This document shows, piece by piece, positions 37,388 through 47,058 of a stretch of DNA of 50,057 bases (positions are counted from its first letter, which is position 1; each line of letters begins with the position of its first letter). The notes beneath the pieces are model-generated. The model was given only the letters and a program-made list of their open reading frames with translations, was not told the DNA's origin and searched no databases. Origin of the DNA: Methanothrix sp. (lineage in GTDB: Archaea; Halobacteriota; Methanosarcinia; Methanotrichales; Methanotrichaceae). The DNA is taken from NCBI GenBank assembly GCA_030611205.1, contig JAUWQF010000001.1:1-50057 (forward strand), written 5' to 3'. Both the position numbers and the translations under genes were made by a program.

Positions 37388-37573
37388 ATGATGGACAAGT
37401 TCATATCGGAGCATCTATACAGCAAAGAGATAGAAGTCTACTTCGGCGGCCGAGCAAATGAGCGCCTCAGCGGCAAGGTCGTTGGCAGCGCAGACGGCGT
37501 CCTGGTCCTGGAGAAGAACGGCAGAAGAGATTACGTGAACCTGGATAGAGTACTGGCAGCCTGGGAGATGTAG
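37388..37573 (+). CDS. Small hypothetical protein (61 aa, possibly Sm-fold-like)
   Basis: A Shine-Dalgarno-like ggaggtga lies 8 nt upstream of the ATG, and a T8 run follows the stop directly. The IEVYFGG..LSGKVVG..DGVLVLEK pattern is only suggestive. Confidence 0.5.
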   Translation: MMDKFISEHLYSKEIEVYFGGRANERLSGKVVGSADGVLVLEKNGRRDYVNLDRVLAAWEM

Positions 37574-37582
37574 TCTCCCGAC

Positions 37583-37657
37583 TTTTTTTTATGGTACATA
37601 AAGTATAGCTTTATGTGCTCAAGTAAATGTGAGCGTAAGCGAACATTTTCTTGTTGA
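37583..37657 (+). repeat. Copy 2 of the ~70-nt two-hairpin element (candidate structured RNA) after the T8 run
   Basis: Hairpin 1: 37596-37603 pairs with 37609-37616 (perfect 8 bp). Hairpin 2: 37625-37630 pairs with 37643-37648, enclosing gagcgtaagcga. Confidence 0.7.
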
Positions 37658-37685
37658 TTATTATCGAACGTCGCCCGGGTCCCGT

Positions 37686-38387
37686 TTATTCTCCGGAGCC
37701 TTTTGCCCCCCAGCGCAAGCTCCTGATCACGCCGTGCAGCGTCTGGACCTCTCTGTCGGTCAGCTCGGCCCGCCCCAGGATCCGCCTCAGCATAATCATG
37801 GTCTTCTCCAGCTTGTGCGGGTAATACTGGGACTCCACCAGAGCCGACCGGAGGTGATCGATGAGCCGGTCCCGATCTTCCCTGTCGGCCAGGGTTATCT
37901 CGCCCTCGTCTACATGGCTCAGCTCGTAGAGGATCACCGCCGCGGCATGGGAGATGTTCATTATGGGATAATCCTGGCTGGTGGGAACGGTGACGATCAT
38001 ATCGCAGACCCTCAGCTCCTCCCGGCTCAGACCGTTGTCCTCCCGTCCCAGGAGCAGGGCCACCGTCCCTTCGGTCCCATGGAACTTGGTGGCCAGCTTT
38101 TTGGGGCAGAGTGCGGGAACCCGGAGGTGCTCGTCCGTCTTCAGCGCCTTTACCCCGGAGCTGCCCACCACCAGGTTGGCGTCTTTTATGGCCTCCTCCA
38201 GTCGGTCGAAGATCTCCGCTTCCTCCAGGAGGTCTTTGGCATGAGAGGCCATGGCGCGCCCGAAGTCCCCCAGGATACAAGGGTTTACCAGGACCAGGTC
38301 CGAAAACCCGAAGTTCTTCATGGCCCGGGCGATGGAACCCACGTTCCCCTCGTAGATGGGTTCGACCAGGACCACCTTCAGCCTCAT
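37686..38387 (-). CDS. trmJ: TrmJ/SpoU-class RNA 2'-O-methyltransferase
   Basis: MRLKVVLVEPIYEGNVGSIARAMKNFGF and LLLGREDNGLS. Its start overlaps the rtcB stop by 4 nt. Confidence 0.8.
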   Translation of the reverse strand: MRLKVVLVEPIYEGNVGSIARAMKNFGFSDLVLVNPCILGDFGRAMASHAKDLLEEAEIFDRLEEAIKDANLVVGSSGVKALKTDEHLRVPALCPKKLATKFHGTEGTVALLLGREDNGLSREELRVCDMIVTVPTSQDYPIMNISHAAAVILYELSHVDEGEITLADREDRDRLIDHLRSALVESQYYPHKLEKTMIMLRRILGRAELTDREVQTLHGVIRSLRWGAKGSGE

Positions 38388-39814
38388 CCCTTGGATACTC
38401 CTAGCGGTTGTAGCTGGGCCACCTTGGCGGCTATCCCCAGGTTGTGGACCACGTCCACCACCTCGTTGCTGGGTTTGTATACCTCGGGAGCCTCCTCGGC
38501 CAGCATCTTGGGATGGGTGGCCATGACCTTGATCCCCCTCTTTGCAAGGGCGGCCTTCACCTCTGCGCCGACGTAAGTCTTCTTCGCCCTCGTGCGGCTC
38601 ATCACCCTGCCGGCCCCGTGGCAGGCGCTCCCGAAGGTCAGGTCCATGGACCCTGCCTGCCCGCAGAGAACATAAGAATAGGTCCCCATGCTCCCGGGGA
38701 TGAGGACCGGCTGGCCCACATCTCTATAGGCCGCGGGAACTTCGGGCCTGCCCGGACCGAAGGCCCTGGTAGCGCCCTTCCGGTGAACATAGAGCTTCTC
38801 TCTCGACCCGTCGAGATCATGCTCCTCGATCTTGGCTACGTTGTGGGCCACGTCGTAGACCAGGTCCAGGTCCGCATCGCCGAAGTACCTGTGAAAGACC
38901 TCTCTCGTCCAGTGGGTGATAATCTGCCGGTTGGCCCAGGCGTAGTTGGCGGCGGCTGCCATGGCTCCGAAGTAGTTATTCGCCTCCGGGGTGCCCAAGG
39001 GTGCACAGGCGAGCTGCTTATCGGGAATGTCTATCCCGTACTTGCGAACCGCCTTGTTCAGGATCTGGAGGTGATCGGTACAGATCTGGTGTCCCGCGCC
39101 CCTGGACCCGCAGTGGATCATCACCGTAATCTGATCCTCGAAGAGACCGAACTGCTTCGCCAGGTCCGAATCGAAGATCTTGTCGACCCTCTGAATCTCA
39201 AGAAAGTGGTTCCCGCTCCCCAGGGTCCCCAGCTGGGGCCTCCCCCTCTTCCTGGCCTTCAGGCTGACCTGACCCGAGTCGGCGCCTTCCATGCTGCCCA
39301 TCTCCTCGCAGTGTACCAGGTCGGCTTCGACGCCGTAACCAGCCTCTACAGCCCAATCTGCCCCCTGGGTGAAGACCTGGTCTAGCTCGTTGTCGGAGAT
39401 CCGGAGACGTCCGGTGGCACCCACCCCCGAGGGTATGTCGTGAAAGAGGTCCTCAACGAGGTTAGTGATGAGAGGATATACATCCTCGGTAAAAAGGTCC
39501 GTTCTGAGCATCCTGACCCCGCAGTTGATGTCGAACCCCACCCCTCCCGGGCTGATCACGCCGTCATCTTCTCGGAAGGCCGCAACCCCTCCGATGGGAA
39601 AGCCGTAGCCCAGATGTACATCGGGCATGGCCATGGAGTATTTCGCTATCCCCGGGAGGGTGGCCACGTTCGCCACCTGGTCGATGGTGCCCTCCTCTAC
39701 CAATTCCAGGAGGCCCTCGGAGATGAATATCCTGCCCGGCACCCGCATGCCTTCCTGGTGGTCGATGGGCACCTCGTAGATACATTCGTCAACTTTATTC
39801 AGCATGAAGATCAC
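38384..39814 (-). CDS. rtcB: RNA-splicing ligase RtcB
   Basis: 476 aa with GFDINCGVR, GSGNHFLE and HCGSRGAGHQ motifs. Confidence 0.95.
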   Translation of the reverse strand: MIFMLNKVDECIYEVPIDHQEGMRVPGRIFISEGLLELVEEGTIDQVANVATLPGIAKYSMAMPDVHLGYGFPIGGVAAFREDDGVISPGGVGFDINCGVRMLRTDLFTEDVYPLITNLVEDLFHDIPSGVGATGRLRISDNELDQVFTQGADWAVEAGYGVEADLVHCEEMGSMEGADSGQVSLKARKRGRPQLGTLGSGNHFLEIQRVDKIFDSDLAKQFGLFEDQITVMIHCGSRGAGHQICTDHLQILNKAVRKYGIDIPDKQLACAPLGTPEANNYFGAMAAAANYAWANRQIITHWTREVFHRYFGDADLDLVYDVAHNVAKIEEHDLDGSREKLYVHRKGATRAFGPGRPEVPAAYRDVGQPVLIPGSMGTYSYVLCGQAGSMDLTFGSACHGAGRVMSRTRAKKTYVGAEVKAALAKRGIKVMATHPKMLAEEAPEVYKPSNEVVDVVHNLGIAAKVAQLQPLGVSKG

Positions 39815-40243
39815 CTACACGTCCAGGACAACTTGAGCGGTCCAGAACTCGTCTCTTTTGATCTGGAACTGGTGAAGGGTAACCGCTTTCACCTCATTCT
39901 CGAAGGCATGCCGGGCGAGGTCTATCTTCTCTCCGCCGATCCGCGCCTTCAGAGACCACGTTCCCTCGCCCTGGCTCAGGTCCACCCGGAACGAAGAGAA
40001 TACCACCGACTCCACCTCGGACAGGTAGAGAAGCTCCGACAACCAGTTGTATAAAAGCTGTTCGAGGTCTTCGGCCGCCAGGTCCATTTTCCAGGTCTCT
40101 CTCTCCCGAACAGAGGAGGTCTCGACCATGGCGTTGAGCATGGCCAGGGCGGCGTTCTCGAACATCTCTTCAGGAGACGCACCGTGGGCGCGGAACTTCA
40201 CGTCGGCGGTGTGCTCCAGGTACTCGTAGGGTTCCATCCTCAT
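39815..40243 (-). CDS. Archease (RtcB activator)
   Basis: YEYLEHTADVKFRAHG at the N-terminus. 142 aa. Its stop abuts the rtcB start. Confidence 0.9.
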   Translation of the reverse strand: MRMEPYEYLEHTADVKFRAHGASPEEMFENAALAMLNAMVETSSVRERETWKMDLAAEDLEQLLYNWLSELLYLSEVESVVFSSFRVDLSQGEGTWSLKARIGGEKIDLARHAFENEVKAVTLHQFQIKRDEFWTAQVVLDV

Positions 40244-40264
40244 ATATCCAGAGATGAGAGCTTA

Positions 40265-41164
40265 TTAATAGATTGCCAGGCCGCGGGAGAGACCTGCCTC
40301 TTGAGCCAGCCGGATCGCTTCGCCGTACTCCCGCAGGGTCAGAGGCCTGTCGACCTCTGGATAGCTCCGGGCCCGATAGGCAGGCCTGTACTGGGCCATC
40401 ACGTTGAGGTAAGTGTTTCTGGATACCTCGTCCGCCAGGAACCTTACCACCTCGGCGGTGCCGGCGATATCGTTGGGGAGCACCAGATGGCGGACCAAAA
40501 GGCCCCTGACCGCCACACCTCCCTCGACTGCCAGGTCTCCCACCTGGCGGTGCATCTCCAAGATCGCCGCTTTCATGCGCCTCGTATAATCGGGAGCGTT
40601 CGAGTACTTCAGCGCGGCCTCGTCCGAGCCGTACTTTGCGTCAGGCATATAGATATCGAATATCCCATCGAGGAGCCGGATCGTTTCCACAGACTCGTAC
40701 CCTCCGCAGTTGTAGACCAGGGGCACGGCGAGCCCCATCTCCCTCGCCTCCACCAAGGCCTCCAGGATCTGGGGCACGAAATGAGTAGGTGTGACGAAAT
40801 TTATGTTGTGACAGCCGCCGTCCTGGAGCTGGATCATCATGGTCGCGAGCCTTCCGGCCGAGACCTCTACTCCTTCATCGAGCTGGCTGATCTCGTAGTT
40901 CTGGCAGAATATGCAGTGCATGTTGCAGCCGGTCATGAAGATGGTGCCCGATCCGCGGGTGCCCACCAGGGGCGGCTCTTCGCCGAAGTGAGGGGCGTAG
41001 CTGGATACCCTGGCCGGACGGCCTCCCCGGCAGTAGCCGTGCTCGTTTTCCCGTCGATTTACCCGGCACTGCCGGGGGCAGATCTCGCAGGATTCCAGTC
41101 TCTTTATCGCCACCCGGCTTCGTTCTTGCAGGATATCCGGGGGCATGTGGTTATAGCTCGCCAA
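40265..41164 (-). CDS. Radical SAM protein, PflX-like (putative activating enzyme family)
   Basis: CEICPRQCRVNRRENEHGYC, then the radical SAM cluster motif GCNMHCIFCQNYEISQ. Confidence 0.75.
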   Translation of the reverse strand: MASYNHMPPDILQERSRVAIKRLESCEICPRQCRVNRRENEHGYCRGGRPARVSSYAPHFGEEPPLVGTRGSGTIFMTGCNMHCIFCQNYEISQLDEGVEVSAGRLATMMIQLQDGGCHNINFVTPTHFVPQILEALVEAREMGLAVPLVYNCGGYESVETIRLLDGIFDIYMPDAKYGSDEAALKYSNAPDYTRRMKAAILEMHRQVGDLAVEGGVAVRGLLVRHLVLPNDIAGTAEVVRFLADEVSRNTYLNVMAQYRPAYRARSYPEVDRPLTLREYGEAIRLAQEAGLSRGLAIY

Positions 41165-41723
41165 GAGAACACCTTCTTAAAGATATTAAACGCTACTACA
41201 CCAGGTAACATATCCGATCAGAGCTCAGACGAAGATATGCGTCCCGATCCGGCCTGCTTTAATAATATATTATCTTATGGGTCTGAACATCCTTGGTGTT
41301 ATGAACTCACAGTAATACCCGCTCCCCCGCTTAACCGCTCGCAATCTTTTGATTATATATAATATATAACATTATATATTCTGGGCGGATGATGGATCTT
41401 CTCCGGCCTGTGTCTTGGTCCTCGTCAGCGCTCTCTGCCTCACAGGGTGCTGGCCGTACATCTGTTAAGTATTTTATGCAAGACGATGGGGATGATGGGC
41501 CCAACGTAACCGCATCTAATTGATTTTCCCCCAATTGGTTTTTATATCATGAAGGTAATAACCAGTACATCTTGGTGCTACGGGTGTAGATCCGATAGCA
41601 GAGAGGATTATCCCTGGAAGGTACTACGATCTGACTTCTGGTGGTAGGCGACGAAACTACGATCCCGGGCCTCGCTTATTCCCAGCAAAGCTTTTATCTG
41701 ACCGCAGGCGATGCTCAACTCTC

Positions 41724-42278
41724 ATGAGATCGAAGCACTTTGCCCTATTATTCATAGCCACAGCGGTTATTCTTGCATCGGGATGCGTATCGGGAGACGA
41801 GGACGTCAGCAGCAGCAGCATCGCGGTGCCCACGGAGAACCTGCCCGAAGGGTTCGAGCTTCTCGCGGACATAAACGAGTCCACGCCGGGAGTGGATATG
41901 GAGGCCGAGATAGAGGACTTCCGGGGAGCAGAAGAGATCAAAGATGTCAAGGCCACCGTGGGGATCTACCAGTGGGGCGAGCTGGGCAAGGATTACGATG
42001 CCAGAGTGACGGTTCTTGAGTGTCAGGACCCGGAATGCGCCCAGGCGGCCTACAGCAACTATGTCAACCAGACGAAGTTCCAGAATCCGCCTTTTAAGGG
42101 TGTGGACCGGTTCGGCACCGCCATCGTCAGCGGCAAAGAGGTCACCGAGATCAGAGACCGCACCGGCAGAGAGATCAGGTACTATTATATCTGGACCGAC
42201 GAGAACCTGGTGGTGCTGGTAGAGGGCAATAATGATCGTGCGGCCAGCCTGGAACTGGCCAGCGCCACGAAGCTGTAG
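41724..42278 (+). CDS. Putative lipoprotein (hypothetical)
   Basis: Signal plus lipobox: MRSKHFALLFIATAVILASGC. Confidence 0.55.
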   Translation: MRSKHFALLFIATAVILASGCVSGDEDVSSSSIAVPTENLPEGFELLADINESTPGVDMEAEIEDFRGAEEIKDVKATVGIYQWGELGKDYDARVTVLECQDPECAQAAYSNYVNQTKFQNPPFKGVDRFGTAIVSGKEVTEIRDRTGREIRYYYIWTDENLVVLVEGNNDRAASLELASATKL

Positions 42279-42351
42279 AAGGCCGTCTTATTTATTTTGG
42301 GATAAGATGGTCATGCTGTCTTGTTGATCTTATTTTGATAAAGGAGGTTAG

Positions 42352-44139
42352 ATGTGGACGATCGATGACTCCAGCCGTCTCTACGGTCTGGATGACTGGG
42401 GAGGAGGTTACTTCTCCATAAACGAAGAGGGCAACCTGGAGGTCCGCCCCAGAAGGGACCGGAAGCAGAGCGCCGACCTGATGGAGGTTATCGGAGAGGT
42501 CGCCCGAAAAAGCGTCCAGTTCCCGGTCCTGTTCCGCTTTCCCCAGATCATCGAGGACAGGCTGATCGGGATCAACCAGGCCTTCCGCTCTTCCATCGAA
42601 GAGCTCGGTTACCAGGGCAAATACCGGCTCGTCTTTCCCGTTAAGGTAAACCCCAGGAGAGCCGTGATCCGACAAGCGGTCGAGGGCGGGAAGGCCGGCC
42701 TGGAGGTGGGTACCAAGGCCGAACTGCTGGCAGCCCTCTCCATGGACCTGGACCCGGACGCCCTCGTAGTCTGCAACGGTTACAAAGACGACCGGTACCT
42801 GAAGCTGGCCATGGGGTCTCGCATATCTGTGGTGGTGATAGACCTCTTTGAGGAGCTCTCCTCTGTTCTGAGATGCTCCGAAGAGATGGGCATCAGACCA
42901 AGGCTGGGCCTGAGGGTACGGCTCTTCTCCAAAGGCGTGCGCTCCAAGTTCGGCCTATCCACCACCGAGATCTTAGAAGCGCTCGAGATACTATCCAAAA
43001 ACGAGATGCTGGACCGTCTCGAGATGCTCCATTTTCATCTGGGCTCGCAGATAACCGATATCAGAAACGTCAAAGACGCCGTGAACGAGGCCGCCAGGAT
43101 CTATGCCAAAGTCAGAAAGACCGTCGATCTCCGATACTTCGACGTGGGCGGGGGCCTGAGCGTCGACTACGACGGGTCCAGGACGACTTCTCCCTCCAGC
43201 ACCAACTACAGCCTGAAAGAGTACACCAACGACGTGGTCTACACCCTCCAGAGGGTATGTGAAGAAGAGGGCGTCCCCTGTCCCGACATAATATCCGAGA
43301 GCGGGAGGGCCATCGCTGCCTACTATTCCGTTCTGGTCTTCAAGATCATCGGCGAGAAGAACTCTTTTTTTGGCGACATCCGGTCCCAGGGGGACGGCTC
43401 TATCCAGGTCGAAGACCTCCGTTTCGCCCTCGATAAGATAAACGCCGAGAACCGCGTCGAGTACTACCACGACGCCCTCCACTACCACGACGAGCTCTTC
43501 GCCTCCTTTAACCTGGGCAACATCGGGCTGGAGGAGAAGGCCGAAGGAGAGAACCTCTTCTGGAATGTCTGCCGGAAGGCCTCACGCCTCGCCGAGGAAG
43601 TCGGAGACGAATCCAGAGAGTTTCAGGACCTGAAGAAGCTCCTCTGCAAGAAGTACATCGGCGACTTCTCCATCTTCCGGTCTGCGCCCGACATCTGGGG
43701 GGTGCACCAGCTCTTCCCCACCATACCCTTGCACAGGTTGGGCGAACGGCCCACCGAGAGGGGGACGATCGCAGACATAACCTGTGACTCCGATGGAGAG
43801 ATCGCGTCTTTTGCTGGCGAGAACGTGGGTTATCTGCCCCTCCACGCCTTGAAGAAGGACGAAGACTACTACCTCGGCACATTTCTTCTGGGCGCGTACC
43901 AGGATGCTCTGGGAAGCTTCCACAACCTTCTGGGCCGGGTGAACGAGGTTCACGTCCTGGTCGACGAGAAGGGGTGGCGCATATCCAAAGTTATCGAAGG
44001 CCACCGTTGCGAGGACGTTCTCCGGGTCTTCGACTACCATCCGGCCTCTTGGTGTGGTCTACAGGGCAAAGCAGAGATGGAAGACCTGCAGAAGGCGCTG
44101 GAGGGATACCCCTACTTCGATGACAGGTACCAAAAATAA
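42352..44139 (+). CDS. speA: Biosynthetic arginine decarboxylase, PLP-dependent SpeA type
   Basis: N-terminus YGLDDWGGGYFSINEEGNLEVRP. PLP-lysine context VFPVKVN. 595 aa. Confidence 0.88.
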   Translation: MWTIDDSSRLYGLDDWGGGYFSINEEGNLEVRPRRDRKQSADLMEVIGEVARKSVQFPVLFRFPQIIEDRLIGINQAFRSSIEELGYQGKYRLVFPVKVNPRRAVIRQAVEGGKAGLEVGTKAELLAALSMDLDPDALVVCNGYKDDRYLKLAMGSRISVVVIDLFEELSSVLRCSEEMGIRPRLGLRVRLFSKGVRSKFGLSTTEILEALEILSKNEMLDRLEMLHFHLGSQITDIRNVKDAVNEAARIYAKVRKTVDLRYFDVGGGLSVDYDGSRTTSPSSTNYSLKEYTNDVVYTLQRVCEEEGVPCPDIISESGRAIAAYYSVLVFKIIGEKNSFFGDIRSQGDGSIQVEDLRFALDKINAENRVEYYHDALHYHDELFASFNLGNIGLEEKAEGENLFWNVCRKASRLAEEVGDESREFQDLKKLLCKKYIGDFSIFRSAPDIWGVHQLFPTIPLHRLGERPTERGTIADITCDSDGEIASFAGENVGYLPLHALKKDEDYYLGTFLLGAYQDALGSFHNLLGRVNEVHVLVDEKGWRISKVIEGHRCEDVLRVFDYHPASWCGLQGKAEMEDLQKALEGYPYFDDRYQK

Positions 44140-44189
44140 GGAAGTCTACGTACCCAAACCTTAAACCCTATTACTTCATCTCCATCGTC

Positions 44190-44612
44190 ATGCTCTTCGA
44201 CCGGGGCGGGATCAAGGTTGACATCTACATAAATTATGGCAAAGATTCGATCAGGCACCATACGGTGAAAACCGTCTCTGAAGCCAGCGTCCTGGACGTC
44301 CTGAAGGACGCCGCCGAAATCGAGCTCACCGAGGACGAGAGCGCCACCGGTCATGAAGGCGCCATGGTGACGTCCATCGACGGGATCAAGAACAACGCCG
44401 ATCACTGCTGGATCTACTATGTCTTCGAGCTTGGTAGCTCCGGGTGGCGCATCCCCGGGGTGATGCCGGACAAGCTTGAGGTCTCGGACAAGATGAGGAT
44501 CGGCTGGCGATATTACGACTTTGCCAATAGAGGATCCGAGATCAAGGACGGGCCACGGTGGACCCGCCGGTGTGTCAGCAAGACCAGAACCTGCGCCCGG
44601 CAGTTTTTATAG
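44190..44612 (+). CDS. DUF4430-like protein
   Basis: GAMVTSIDGIKNN..HCWIYYV..L..DKMRIGWRYYDF resembles the DUF4430 pattern. No signal peptide is seen and the start is uncertain. Confidence 0.4.
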   Translation: MLFDRGGIKVDIYINYGKDSIRHHTVKTVSEASVLDVLKDAAEIELTEDESATGHEGAMVTSIDGIKNNADHCWIYYVFELGSSGWRIPGVMPDKLEVSDKMRIGWRYYDFANRGSEIKDGPRWTRRCVSKTRTCARQFL

Positions 44613-44619
44613 CTTCTGT

Positions 44620-46122
44620 TCATAGCTCCCTCGGCGACTTTTCCTTCAGACGGTGGCCCGGTTCTCTGGGACACCGTCCCGATGCCACCACCACGGAGAT
44701 CCCGGGCCGGGCCAGCTCTCTTTTCAGCACCGCCTCGATCTCGTCCTGAGGCACGGGCATCTTCAGTCTTTCGACCCTGGGCACGACGGCCTCCACCACG
44801 GGAACGATATCCGGTACCCTTTGTCCTCCGGTCATGGCGGCCACTTCGTTCTTTAGCAGAACTATCAGAACTTCTCGCCCGTGATACAAGGCGTTGATAA
44901 GCCCCTGGAGCCCGGTATGGGCCAGGGCATAGTCCCCGACGACGGCGATCCCCTTCCCGGCGAAACCCGAGGCCACGCCCACCGACGACCCCAGCCCGTA
45001 GACCACATCCACCACGTCCAAAGGCGGCCTCACCGCCCGGATGCTGCAGCCTGCGTCTCCTGCCACGGGGACGCCCAGGTTCTTGATCGCTTTGTAGAGC
45101 GGGAGATAGGGGCAGTCGTCGCATATCGTCCTGGACCCCTGCCCCCGTCCGTTGGCCGTCTCTACATCGTATCTTTGGCGGCCTGGCTTGTCGATGGTCT
45201 CCAATGCCCTTTCCAGGTCTGCAGCTTCCAGCCTGCCGAAAGGCAGGTGGCCGGTCAGCTTCCCGCAGACCTTATCGCTCATCCTGAGCCGAGACTCGAC
45301 GAAGGGTCCCGGCTCCTCTGCCACCAGGATCTTCTGGTGATCTGAGATGAACCGCTCGATCATCTTCCAGGGGAGCGGGTGGGCGTAGCCCGGGGCCAGG
45401 AGCGAGACCTGGAGATCTCTGGCAAGATGGGCAGGTCTGCCGCAGGCGATGATGCCCAGGTCGCCGGAGGATTCCAGGAAGTTCAAGGATGTGGTCTCTG
45501 AGGCATTTGCGATGATCGGAAGCACGTTGCGAAGGTACCTCTGATGCCTACCCTTGGCGGTGAGGCCCCAGATAGCCCTATCGAAGGTCTTGCTTCCGGG
45601 CAAGATCCGGGTCCGGTGGATCTCGTCCTCGTAGGTCTCGGTAGGCCGAAAAGTCATCCTCACCATAACCGGGGCGCTTATCCGTTCCGATAGGCGGTAG
45701 GCCTCGATGATAGATGGATAGAGCGATTTTGGCCCAGTGGGATCCAATACAGGAAGCTCGCAGAGGGCGGCGTGGTGTCTCACATCCAGTTCGATCTGGG
45801 AACCTTTGGGACCCACGTCCTCGCCCACCAGGACCACGAGACCCGCGCCGATGGTGTGGGTGGGCGATATGGAAAGAGGGTCGGCGAGCAGGTTTGCGCC
45901 GAGATGCTTCACCAGGACCATCGACCTCTGGCCGGTGGCCGAAGCTCCCAAGGCTACCTCGAAGGCCACCTTCTCGTTGACCGCCATCTGGGCGCCTAGA
46001 GCCTGCCCGGCTTCGGTTATGGGATAACCCGGGACGTACTGGAGGACCTCTGTGCCCGCGTCGGTGACGGCCATCTCCAGAGCGTCCAGTCCTGTCTGTT
46101 GTCCTCGTTCCCCTTTTTTCAT
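44620..46122 (-). CDS. Thiamine-diphosphate enzyme resembling the indolepyruvate:ferredoxin oxidoreductase alpha subunit (IorA-like)
   Basis: TGLDALEMAVTDAGTEVLQYVPGYPITE at the N-terminus. The C-terminal CDDCPY..GDAGCS..GLGSSVGVASG..VVGDYALAHTG is a TPP-binding pattern. I placed the start at the internal ATG 46122, which overlaps the upstream stop (ATGA). Confidence 0.6.
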   Translation of the reverse strand: MKKGERGQQTGLDALEMAVTDAGTEVLQYVPGYPITEAGQALGAQMAVNEKVAFEVALGASATGQRSMVLVKHLGANLLADPLSISPTHTIGAGLVVLVGEDVGPKGSQIELDVRHHAALCELPVLDPTGPKSLYPSIIEAYRLSERISAPVMVRMTFRPTETYEDEIHRTRILPGSKTFDRAIWGLTAKGRHQRYLRNVLPIIANASETTSLNFLESSGDLGIIACGRPAHLARDLQVSLLAPGYAHPLPWKMIERFISDHQKILVAEEPGPFVESRLRMSDKVCGKLTGHLPFGRLEAADLERALETIDKPGRQRYDVETANGRGQGSRTICDDCPYLPLYKAIKNLGVPVAGDAGCSIRAVRPPLDVVDVVYGLGSSVGVASGFAGKGIAVVGDYALAHTGLQGLINALYHGREVLIVLLKNEVAAMTGGQRVPDIVPVVEAVVPRVERLKMPVPQDEIEAVLKRELARPGISVVVASGRCPREPGHRLKEKSPREL

Positions 46123-47018
46123 ATCTCCGGCCTTACCGATTCGTCGGGCCTTGCGCAGAAGGGTAGGGCGGCGAGCGCTCCGATCAGGCCCTGGCCGCTC
46201 ATCACCATCTCCACGCCCATCTCGTCTGCGGTGGCGACCGCAAGATCGTAGGATATCCGCTCCGTCCTGCATCTATGAGCGTAATCCATCAGCGGCGAGG
46301 GATCGAAAGCCCTGTAGACCACCATCCCGGTCTCATCAGAGACGCTATACCGCTCCAGAAGAGCCTGGAAATCCTGGAGCATCTCATCGGTCTTGCCCGG
46401 CAGACAGGCGAACTCCGCCACCGTAGATACGCAGTTCTGGGTCTTGGTGGGCACGGGGAAGAGCTGGACCAGGGAATGAGATATGTACCGGGCTTCGGGC
46501 CGGTCCACCCTGGCCGAGATGTTGTGGACCAGCGACCAGGTGGCGCCTTCGGTCTTGGAGTCGGTATCGTCCACCCCGATCATCACCCTCTCCCGCCGGG
46601 GCAGAACTATCGTCCCTCTCCCTACCCTGCCCCCTCCTGACGCACTGGTCTCACTCCGGATCACGTCCCCTGCCCGGGACCGGGTGATGGTGGCGCCCAC
46701 CCCGCCGCCACCCAGGCCTGCGTAGGTTATCTCCACCTCGTCGTCTTTTACCAGAACCGACTCGAAACCGGCAGATCTTTGGGAAGATGCCAGGTCCAGA
46801 TCGACCTTTCCGCACCGGACCAGGTATCTGAACCATTCGCCTATCGACCGGGATCCGATTACCAGCGGTCCCTGGGAGTAATGGTACCTGGACCAGGCCG
46901 AACCGCCGTAGCAGGTGGAACGCTCCAAAAGCTCGATCATATCATTCTCCGGACTGCTGATTGCGTGGATCTGCTTGTAGACGACCGCATAAGGATCTTC
47001 AAGATGCACGTGCAACAC
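46119..47018 (-). CDS. Protein with a TiaS-like (DUF1743-type) domain; hypothetical
   Basis: The central motif VMIGVDDTDSKTEGATWSL..LVQLFPVPTKTQNCVS resembles the G(I/V)DDTDS..LVRLNPN.P.KTRGN kinase-like domain of tRNA(Ile2) agmatidine synthetase. An extra ~140-aa N-terminal region is unassigned. Confidence 0.4.
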   Translation of the reverse strand: MLHVHLEDPYAVVYKQIHAISSPENDMIELLERSTCYGGSAWSRYHYSQGPLVIGSRSIGEWFRYLVRCGKVDLDLASSQRSAGFESVLVKDDEVEITYAGLGGGGVGATITRSRAGDVIRSETSASGGGRVGRGTIVLPRRERVMIGVDDTDSKTEGATWSLVHNISARVDRPEARYISHSLVQLFPVPTKTQNCVSTVAEFACLPGKTDEMLQDFQALLERYSVSDETGMVVYRAFDPSPLMDYAHRCRTERISYDLAVATADEMGVEMVMSGQGLIGALAALPFCARPDESVRPEI

Positions 47019-47058
47019 CTCAAACTACTTCGATGATAAGGTTTCCGACTTCTGCCGC

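Noticed and set aside
41380-41470. A possible C/D box sRNA (ggatgatgg resembles a C box)
   Set aside because: The last C-box position is mismatched. No CUGA D box lies at a suitable distance, and there is no terminal stem.
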